A DNA stretch of 64,000 bases from positions 178 through 64,177 of the forward strand of contig JBGPUE010000010.1 of the NCBI GenBank assembly GCA_041491005.1. The letters are read 5' to 3'. Every line of letters begins with the position of its first letter. The stretch's first letter is position 1. This DNA comes from Candidatus Binataceae bacterium. GTDB taxonomy: Bacteria; Desulfobacterota; Binatia; Binatales; Binataceae. The notes under the pieces were generated by a model that made no database searches, had not been told where the DNA came from, and saw nothing but the letters and a program-made list of their open reading frames with translations. Made by a program: the position numbers and the translations under genes. Below are positions 38,110 to 44,988 of the stretch, one piece after another.

Positions 38110-38125
38110 TGGCAAGTTTCTTGCG
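38110..38125 (+). promoter_or_regulatory. Sigma54-type (-24/-12) promoter upstream of hsp20
   Basis: TGGCAAG-tttc-TTGCG matches TGGCACG-N4-TTGCW at 13/15 positions with exact GG/GC spacing. The predicted TSS (~38136) leaves a 35-nt leader containing the SD AAAGGAGGAGAG. Confidence 0.45.
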
Positions 38126-38170
38126 ACACAGCATCATCGAACACCAACAATTTGAAAGGAGGAGAGATCA

Positions 38171-38623
38171 ATGGGAGCATTAACCCCATGGAGGCCGTTT
38201 CGCGAAATGGAGCGATGGGCGCGCAATCTGGAGGGCCGCTTTCCGCGAGTCTTTGAGGACTGGCCGTTTCGGGCCGAGGAAGCGGAGTTTCTGCCGCCGA
38301 TTGAGAGCTTCGTCCAGAACGGCAATATCGTCGTGCGCGCCGACGTTCCCGGACTGGAGGCCAAGGACATCGAGGTCAGCGTTTTGGGCAACGTGCTGAC
38401 GATCAAAGGCGAGCGCAGGGATCAGAAGGAAGTCAAGGCCGAGGATTACATCCGGCGCGAGATCTCCTACGGCTCCTTCGAGCGCAGGCTTACGCTGCCC
38501 GATGGCGCCGATGCCGACAAGGTCAAGGCGCAGTTCAAAAACGGGACGGTCGAGATCACGATGCCGATGGCCAAGGGCGCCAGCCCCAAGAAAGTGCTGG
38601 TGGAGAGCGCAGAGAAGAAGTAG
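38171..38623 (+). CDS. Hsp20/alpha-crystallin small heat-shock protein
   Basis: 150 aa; alpha-crystallin-domain pattern (...FLPPIESFVQNGNIVVRADVPGLEAKDIEVSVLGNVLTIKGER...FERRLTLPDGADADKVKAQFKNGTVEITMP). Confidence 0.9.
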   Translation: MGALTPWRPFREMERWARNLEGRFPRVFEDWPFRAEEAEFLPPIESFVQNGNIVVRADVPGLEAKDIEVSVLGNVLTIKGERRDQKEVKAEDYIRREISYGSFERRLTLPDGADADKVKAQFKNGTVEITMPMAKGASPKKVLVESAEKK

Positions 38624-38734
38624 TCAATCGGTCACAGGGGCAGGCGGCTACCACGCATCGCAGTTGTGCCTGCCTCCCCCGCGGCACTGGATTGTCGCAG
38701 CTCACGCGGCCTGACGCGAAAGGAGGAGATTCAG

Positions 38735-39337
38735 ATGCCAGCCGGGTCGACGATCTTGAATACCAATCACGAGCGGGTCGAGAAGCTCCGAACAGTGCTA
38801 GTCAGCCAACGCGACCATGCGTGGGCAAGGGTGCGGGAGTTCCGTCACGACCAGGAAGGCGACGCGATTCCGCCGCCGGCGGATGAGATGGACCTGGCGC
38901 GTTCGACCGCCGACCTCGAGACTCATGCGAGCCTGATCGAACAAGCGGAAGACCGGCTCGCACAAATCGACGACGCGCTGGCGCGGCTCAACGAAGGCCG
39001 CTATGGGATCTGCGCAAAATGCGTCGAGGAGATCGCGGTCGAGCGTCTCAACACGCTGCCCTTCGTGCTGTACTGCGTCGATTGCCAGCGCGAACTCAAC
39101 CGTGCGCGCCGCCGCGGCGAGGGCAGCCTGTCGCGCAGTTTCGGCCGCCGCTGGGAGACGCCGCTGGAGATGGATGAATCGCTGGAGAGGACCGACGCGA
39201 TGAGCCAGCCCGAGGAAGAAACCACCATACGCGAAGGCCGGCCTTTCGGCCGCGAAGAGGGCACTCCAGACCACGGCCGGATGCCGCGTACGGGCAGGGG
39301 CTTGGTTCGGCGCGGACGGCCCAAGCGCAGTGCGTAG
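38735..39337 (+). CDS. DksA/TraR-family C4 zinc-finger protein with a long disordered C-terminal tail
   Basis: Coiled-coil N-terminal region plus CAKCVEEIAVERLNTLPFVLYCVDC (C-x2-C-x17-C-x2-C). SD AAAGGAGGAG; 200 aa. Confidence 0.7.
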   Translation: MPAGSTILNTNHERVEKLRTVLVSQRDHAWARVREFRHDQEGDAIPPPADEMDLARSTADLETHASLIEQAEDRLAQIDDALARLNEGRYGICAKCVEEIAVERLNTLPFVLYCVDCQRELNRARRRGEGSLSRSFGRRWETPLEMDESLERTDAMSQPEEETTIREGRPFGREEGTPDHGRMPRTGRGLVRRGRPKRSA

Positions 39338-39355
39338 TCGCGCAGGGGATACCGG

Positions 39356-39802
39356 ATGAGCAAACTATTCAACCGGATTCTCTGCCCGATCGCGTTCGAG
39401 CACGAGTCGTTGAGCGCCCTCGATCTGGCCATAGCGATCGCGCAGCAGAACGACGCGACCCTCGTGCTGCTCAACGTCGCGCCGCTCCCAATCGGAGCCG
39501 GCGAATTCGCGCCGACGCTCGATCCGTATCCCGCGATCGAGCAAGTGGCGCGCGAACGGCTTGAGCGACTGGCCCACGATCGGCTTGAAGGCAAGGTCGC
39601 ATACAACACCCATGTCGTCGCGGGCGATCCGGCGACGCAGATCCTCCGTGCGATCGAGGCCTTCGCCGCCGATCTGGTCGTGATGGGGACGCATGGGCGC
39701 AAGGGCGTCAAACATCTGCTGTTGGGGAGCGTCGCGGAGAAGGTCGTGCGCGAGTCACCGCGGCCTGTGCTGACCGTGCGTCCCGCAGAGGAAGCGCGCT
39801 GA
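39356..39802 (+). CDS. Universal stress protein (UspA family)
   Basis: MSKLFNRILCPIAFEHESL...VVMGTHGRKGVKHLLLGSVAEKVVRESPRPVLTVRP. Confidence 0.85.
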   Translation: MSKLFNRILCPIAFEHESLSALDLAIAIAQQNDATLVLLNVAPLPIGAGEFAPTLDPYPAIEQVARERLERLAHDRLEGKVAYNTHVVAGDPATQILRAIEAFAADLVVMGTHGRKGVKHLLLGSVAEKVVRESPRPVLTVRPAEEAR

Positions 39803-39828
39803 CGGCTTGATACGCGGGAGGCAGACAC

Positions 39829-40479
39829 TTGCAGATAACTACCGACTCAGTTGAACTTGAGGGCGACCTCGAGATGCCGGCGGGCGTTGCGCGGGGAATC
39901 GTGATCTTCGCGCATGGGAGCGGAAGCAGCAGGCTCAGCCCGCGTAACATGTACGTGGCTGCCCGTTTGCGTGCGGCCGGAGTCGCCACATTGCTTTTCG
40001 ACCTGCTCACCGAGGCCGAGGCGCTGGATCGCCAAAACGTCTTCGATATGGAGCTGCTCGCCCGCCGCTTGCGGGCCGCTACCGCATCGGTGCGCCGCCA
40101 TCGGCTCGCCGGGATACTACCGGTCGGCTATTTCGGCGCCAGTACCGGCGCTGCTGCTGCACTAATCGCCGCAACGCGCGATCCAGCGATCACCGCGATC
40201 GTGTCGCGCGGTGGGCGACCCGACCTCGCGGGAGATGCGCTCGCTCAGGTGAAGGCGCCGACGCTGCTCATCGTCGGCGGCGAAGACCGCGAAGTGCTGG
40301 AGTTGAATCGGCGCGCGCTCAGGCGCCTGAGCTGCGAGAAAGAACTCCGGGTAGTTCCGGGTGCGACGCATCTGTTCGAGGAGCCGGGAACGCTCGACGA
40401 GGTAGTGAAGCTCGCCAGCGATTGGTTCGTGCGCCATCTGCACGCTCACCCGGGCGAAAAGGAGACCCATGTTCACTAA
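39829..40479 (+). CDS. Dienelactone-hydrolase-like alpha/beta hydrolase
   Basis: GIVIFAHGSGSSRLSPRN, nucleophile elbow GYFGASTGAAAAL, PTLLIVGGEDREV, ATHLFEEPGTL. Confidence 0.75.
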   Translation: MQITTDSVELEGDLEMPAGVARGIVIFAHGSGSSRLSPRNMYVAARLRAAGVATLLFDLLTEAEALDRQNVFDMELLARRLRAATASVRRHRLAGILPVGYFGASTGAAAALIAATRDPAITAIVSRGGRPDLAGDALAQVKAPTLLIVGGEDREVLELNRRALRRLSCEKELRVVPGATHLFEEPGTLDEVVKLASDWFVRHLHAHPGEKETHVH

Positions 40480-41173
40480 TCGCCAGGATGCGGGACGCCG
40501 GCTCGCCAAGGCTCTCGCCCGCTACAAGGATGACCATCCCGTCGTGCTGGCACTGCCGCGCGGTGGAGTTCCGGTCGGTTTCGAGGTAGCCAAGGCGCTG
40601 AGCGCGCCGCTGGACATTATCGTCGTGCGCAAGCTGGGCGCTCCCGGACAACACGAGCTGGGGATCGGCGCGGTCGTCGACGGCGACCATCCGCAGACCG
40701 TGCTCAATGAGGAACTGCTGCGAAGGATCGATGTGCCCAAGAGTTACCTCGAAGCAGAGATCCTGCGCGAGCTTGAGGAGATCCACCGCCGCCAGCAGAC
40801 CTACCGCAAGGGGCATCCACCGGTCGATCCAGCCGGGCGGATTGTAATCGTCGTCGATGATGGGATCGCGACTGGCGCCTCGATACGCGCGGCGTTGCGC
40901 GGTCTGCGAAAGCTCGCTCCCCGCCGTCTGGTGCTCGCCGTGCCGGTCGCACCCGCCGAGACGATCGAGTCGCTCAGAGCCGAGGTCGACGAGGTGGTTT
41001 GTCTTGCGACCCCGCCCGATTTCTTCGCTATCGGACAGTACTATGACGATTTCAGGCAGACTTCTGACGCGCAGGTAGTCGAGCTGCTCGACAAGGCGCG
41101 CAATCGTGTGCTGGCGCCCTCGCCGCCAGCGGCACGCTCTCCATCAGAAGAGAGCAAAGCGCCCTCCTGCTAG
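40469..41173 (+). CDS. Predicted phosphoribosyltransferase (type I PRTase fold)
   Basis: PRPP-binding motif IVIVVDDGIATGASIRAAL; N-terminus MFTNRQDAGRRLAKAL. Confidence 0.75.
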   Translation: MFTNRQDAGRRLAKALARYKDDHPVVLALPRGGVPVGFEVAKALSAPLDIIVVRKLGAPGQHELGIGAVVDGDHPQTVLNEELLRRIDVPKSYLEAEILRELEEIHRRQQTYRKGHPPVDPAGRIVIVVDDGIATGASIRAALRGLRKLAPRRLVLAVPVAPAETIESLRAEVDEVVCLATPPDFFAIGQYYDDFRQTSDAQVVELLDKARNRVLAPSPPAARSPSEESKAPSC

Positions 41174-41235
41174 TCGAGTTGCGTATCGTCATTATTGTAG
41201 TTTCAGGCCGTCGCTCTATCTGTGATCCTTAGCTT

Positions 41236-42183
41236 GTGCGCTGGGAATCGCGGGCAAAGGCAGCCCTGGCACTAGCCCGATGGACTGGCGGGCTGGTCTT
41301 GTGCGTTCTGTTACTCGTCGCCGAAGCCGCCGCTGACGAACTACCGCCGCTTGGCACGGCGCTGGTTGGGGGCGAGTTCTCCTACGTCGTGCGGCGTAGC
41401 GACTCGCTGCGAAGCATCGGCTCGCGCTATGGCGTGGAGCCCACGGCGCTGGCGGCGGTCAACGGGTTTGCCGCCTCGGCGCGCCTGCGCGTCGGACGGA
41501 CGCTTCGGATCGACAACCGCCACGTCGTGCCGCGCGCAGTCGCACGCGGAATATTGATCAACATTCCTCAGCGCTACCTGTTCCTGTTCCGCGGCGGCAA
41601 AGCGGATGTTGCCTGCCCGGTGGGGCTCGGCAGGCCATCGTGGCGCACTGTCACCGGGAAGTTTACCGTCATCGGCAAACGGACCGATCCGGTATGGACC
41701 GTGCCGGAATCGATACAACGCGAGATGAAGCGCGAGGGCAAAGAAGTCCGCAGCTGCGTGCCGCCGGGCCCCGGCAACCCGTTGGGCAGTTACGCCCTCG
41801 ACTTGAGCATCGCCAGCTACCTGATTCACGGTACGATCGCGCCGTCGAGCATCTACGCATTCCAGACCCACGGATGTATCAGGCTCCATCCCGACGACAT
41901 CGCGGCGCTGTTTGGCCGCGTTGAAGTCGGCGAGCCGGGCGAGATCATTTACCAGCCCGTGTTGCTCGCGCGCCTGGACAACGGGCGCATTTTTCTGGAG
42001 GTCAACCGCGATATCTACCGCAAGGCGGGCGACGCGATGTTGCTGGTAAGGGCGTGGGCGGAGACCTCCGGTCTTGACGGCGAAATTGATTGGCGGCAGG
42101 CAACGGCTGTCATCGAACGAAGGGAGGGAGTGGCGCGCGAGGTCGATCGAGCGGGCGGGCGGCTGTCTTTGTGGCGACATTGA
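41236..42183 (+). CDS. L,D-transpeptidase with an N-terminal LysM domain
   Basis: LysM YVVRRSDSLRSIGSRYGVEPTALAAVNG; YkuD catalytic motif HGTIAPSSIYAFQTHGCIRL. Confidence 0.8.
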   Translation: MRWESRAKAALALARWTGGLVLCVLLLVAEAAADELPPLGTALVGGEFSYVVRRSDSLRSIGSRYGVEPTALAAVNGFAASARLRVGRTLRIDNRHVVPRAVARGILINIPQRYLFLFRGGKADVACPVGLGRPSWRTVTGKFTVIGKRTDPVWTVPESIQREMKREGKEVRSCVPPGPGNPLGSYALDLSIASYLIHGTIAPSSIYAFQTHGCIRLHPDDIAALFGRVEVGEPGEIIYQPVLLARLDNGRIFLEVNRDIYRKAGDAMLLVRAWAETSGLDGEIDWRQATAVIERREGVAREVDRAGGRLSLWRH

Positions 42184-42241
42184 TTGGCAACCCGTGGCGG
42201 CTATCATGGATCGCATCGATGAGGTTCTTACGGGTCGGTCG

Positions 42242-42850
42242 ATGAATCGCAAGAACAGGCCTCCATCCGAGCAGCGGGCCGCGGCTGAACTGAATGAGCC
42301 GCGCGTCATGCTGACCCGCCGCGGTTTCATGCGGGTCGCCACCGTAGCGGCCGCAACCGCGTTGATCCCGCATCGGGCGCTGGCCGGGCTGCGGCTGCCG
42401 GTCGCCCCGGCACGCTCTCTCGCGCTGCACAATCTCCATACCGGTGAATCGTTCCGTGCGGTCTACTGGACGGCGGGTGGCTACATCCGCGAAGCCGTGG
42501 AGAATATCAACTTCATTCTACGCGACTTTCGCACCGGCGAGATCAAGCCGATTAACCCGGGTTTGCTCGACCTGATGCACGCGATCGCGGGCCGCCTCGA
42601 TACCCGCGAACCCTTCCTCATCATCTCGGGCTACCGCTCGGCCGCGACCAATGCGATGCTGCGCGCGCACGGCGAAGGTGTGTCGCCGCGAAGCCTCCAT
42701 ATGAAGGGGATGGCCGCCGACATCCGCTTGCCGGGCCGGGAGCTCTCGGCGCTGCACAATGCGGCGCTCGCGCTGCACCGGGGCGGCGTCGGCTTCTATC
42801 CAAAGTCGGACTTCGTACATATCGACGTCGGCCGAGTGCGCTGGTGGTAG
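42242..42850 (+). CDS. Tat-secreted DUF882/peptidase-M15A-like (YcbK-type) Zn-dependent cell-wall hydrolase
   Basis: Twin-arginine signal MLTRRGFMRVATVAAATALIPHRALA; DUF882 motif HMKGMAADIRLPG...DFVHIDVGRVRWW. The start is either 42242 or 42307. Confidence 0.7.
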   Translation: MNRKNRPPSEQRAAAELNEPRVMLTRRGFMRVATVAAATALIPHRALAGLRLPVAPARSLALHNLHTGESFRAVYWTAGGYIREAVENINFILRDFRTGEIKPINPGLLDLMHAIAGRLDTREPFLIISGYRSAATNAMLRAHGEGVSPRSLHMKGMAADIRLPGRELSALHNAALALHRGGVGFYPKSDFVHIDVGRVRWW

Positions 42851-42886
42851 GCCGGCCGGGTTCCGATCGCGTTCCTGGTTGCTCGC

Positions 42887-43384
42887 ATGTCGGCGGCGGC
42901 GAAAACATTCATGAAGCCTGACCGCAACTGGGATCGTACGGCGATTCTTGCGATTGCCTCGCGGCAAAGCGCAAAGCCGGGCGCGCTGATGCTGGTCCTG
43001 CGGGAGATTCAGGACCGCTTCGGTTTCATCCCTCCTGACTGCGTGCCGACAATCGCCCAGGCGCTCAACCTGTCGCGAGCAGAAGTCCACGGCGTCATCA
43101 GCTTCTACCATGACTTCCGCGCCAAGCCCGCAGGCAGACACCTCTTGCGCGTCTGCCGCGCGGAATCGTGCCAGGCGATGGGCGCAGTCGAGCTGCTCTC
43201 TCACATCAAGAAGCGCACGGGAATCGGCCTCGGCGAGACGAGCGAAGATGGCACGTTTACGCTCGAGCCCGTCTATTGTCTTGGCAACTGTGCCTGCTCG
43301 CCGGCAATCGTGATCGATGGCGAGCTTCATGGCCGCGTTACAGCCGACGCCTTCGATCATTTGATCGCGGGTCTCAGGGAATAG
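42887..43384 (+). CDS. fdsG: NAD-dependent formate dehydrogenase gamma subunit / NuoE-like 2Fe-2S thioredoxin-fold subunit
   Basis: LLRVCRAESCQAMGAVELLSHIKK...PVYCLGNCACSPAIVIDGELHG (four Cys of the NuoE-type 2Fe-2S site). Confidence 0.75.
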   Translation: MSAAAKTFMKPDRNWDRTAILAIASRQSAKPGALMLVLREIQDRFGFIPPDCVPTIAQALNLSRAEVHGVISFYHDFRAKPAGRHLLRVCRAESCQAMGAVELLSHIKKRTGIGLGETSEDGTFTLEPVYCLGNCACSPAIVIDGELHGRVTADAFDHLIAGLRE

Positions 43385-43386
43385 CA

Positions 43387-44988
43387 GTGGCGCTGTCCGT
43401 CTATGTCCCTTGTGATTCGGGCGCCCGCTCTTTGGGGGCGGACACGGTTGCACGCACTATCCGCGAGGAGGCATCACGCCGTGGCGTTGCGCTCGAAGTC
43501 GTGCGCACGGGCTCGCGCGGACTTTATTTTGCCGAACCCCTGGTCGAGGTCGCGACCGCGGCTGGCTGCGTCGCGTATGGGCCGGTATCGGCCGCTGACG
43601 TTGCATCGCTATTCGAAAGTGATTTCCTCGCGGGCGGCGAGCATCGTCTCCGGCTCGGCCTAGCCGACGATATCCCTTATCTCAGATCCCAACAGCGGCT
43701 CACGTTCGCACGCGCCGGAATTGTCGATCCGGCCTCTCTCGATGATTACTTGGCGCATGGCGGTTACAGCGCGCTCCGAATGGCTCTGGAAAGGACGCAG
43801 TCCGCCGTTATCGATGAGATTGCAGCGTCGGGGTTGAGGGGCCGCGGCGGCGCCGGATTCCCCACCGGCATCAAATGGCGAACCGTTCTCGAGACCGCTG
43901 CGGATACGAAATACGTTGTATGCAACGGCGACGAGGGCGACTCGGGCACTTTTTCGGATCGCATGATCATGGAGGGCGATCCGTTTGCGCTACTCGAAGG
44001 CATGACGATCGCGGCATTCGCCGTCGGCGCGACGCAGGGCTTCATCTATGTCCGCTCCGAATACCCGGATTCATATCGCCAGCTTGGCCAGACACTACAG
44101 ACCGCTCGCAAACACGGCTGCTTGGGCGACAAGATCCTTGGTTCGAGCCTGCGCTTCGACGTCGAACTCAGGCTCGGCGCCGGCGCTTACATCTGCGGCG
44201 AGGAGACCGCGATGCTCGAAAGCATTGAAGGCAAGCGCGGGATGGTGCGCGCAAAGCCGCCGGTGCCGGCAATCAGCGGGCTCTTCGCCAAGCCGACGGT
44301 GGTCAACAATGTCATCACGTTTGCGTCTGTCCCGGTTATCATTGCGAATGGAGCGCAGTCTTATCACCAGCGCGGCACGGGCCGCTCGCGGGGGACCTTG
44401 CCCTTTCAGCTCGCCGGCAACGTCAAGCGCCCGGGGTTGGTTGAACTGCCGTTCGGCGTCACCATCCGCGAACTCGTCTTCGACTACGGGGGTGGCACCG
44501 CAAGCGGCCGTCCAGTTGGAGCCGTGCAAGTCGGTGGCCCACTGGGTGCGTACTTCCCGCTCAAGATGTTCGACACGCCGCTGGATTACGAGGCGATGGA
44601 CGCGGCCGGGGGAATCCTCGGCCACGGTGGCATCGTAGTCTTCGACGACTCGGTAGATATGGCGCGAATGGCGCGATACGCGATGGAATTTTGTGCGCTG
44701 GAGTCATGCGGGAAGTGCACGCCATGCCGGATCGGCTCGGTGCGCGGGACGGAGGTGATCGATCGCATCGTGAACCGCCACAATCCGCGCGCGAACCTCG
44801 AGTTGCTGCGCGACCTCTGCGATACGATGATGCACGGCTCGCTGTGCGGTCTGGGCGGCCTCACTCCGCTTCCAGTGATGAGCGCGCTCAGATACTTTCC
44901 TGAGGACTTCGGCCTCGAGCCCGCTAACATCGAGGAAGTCTGGCCGAACCCCACACGACAGGCGGACGACGATGCTGTCAAAGGCTGA
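43387..44988 (+). CDS. fdsB: NAD-dependent formate dehydrogenase beta subunit / NuoF-like (NAD, FMN, 4Fe-4S)
   Basis: GRGGAGFPTGIKW (NADH/FMN site), CGKCTPCRIG (4Fe-4S). GTG start right after the fdsG stop; the listed ORF's upstream extension overlaps fdsG in another frame. Confidence 0.85.
   Translation: MALSVYVPCDSGARSLGADTVARTIREEASRRGVALEVVRTGSRGLYFAEPLVEVATAAGCVAYGPVSAADVASLFESDFLAGGEHRLRLGLADDIPYLRSQQRLTFARAGIVDPASLDDYLAHGGYSALRMALERTQSAVIDEIAASGLRGRGGAGFPTGIKWRTVLETAADTKYVVCNGDEGDSGTFSDRMIMEGDPFALLEGMTIAAFAVGATQGFIYVRSEYPDSYRQLGQTLQTARKHGCLGDKILGSSLRFDVELRLGAGAYICGEETAMLESIEGKRGMVRAKPPVPAISGLFAKPTVVNNVITFASVPVIIANGAQSYHQRGTGRSRGTLPFQLAGNVKRPGLVELPFGVTIRELVFDYGGGTASGRPVGAVQVGGPLGAYFPLKMFDTPLDYEAMDAAGGILGHGGIVVFDDSVDMARMARYAMEFCALESCGKCTPCRIGSVRGTEVIDRIVNRHNPRANLELLRDLCDTMMHGSLCGLGGLTPLPVMSALRYFPEDFGLEPANIEEVWPNPTRQADDDAVKG

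Noticed and set aside
42074-42241. N-terminal extension of the DUF882 ORF overlapping the L,D-transpeptidase gene
   Set aside because: The Tat signal peptide begins at MLTRRGFMRV (42307), or at most at MNRKNR (42242). The upstream part is an overlap artefact.
43168-43386. Upstream extension of the fdsB ORF overlapping fdsG by 217 bp
   Set aside because: The extension is read-through in an alternative frame (SHQEAHGNRPRRDERRWHVYARARLLSW...). A GTG at 43387 immediately after the fdsG stop gives a sensible FdsB N-terminus.
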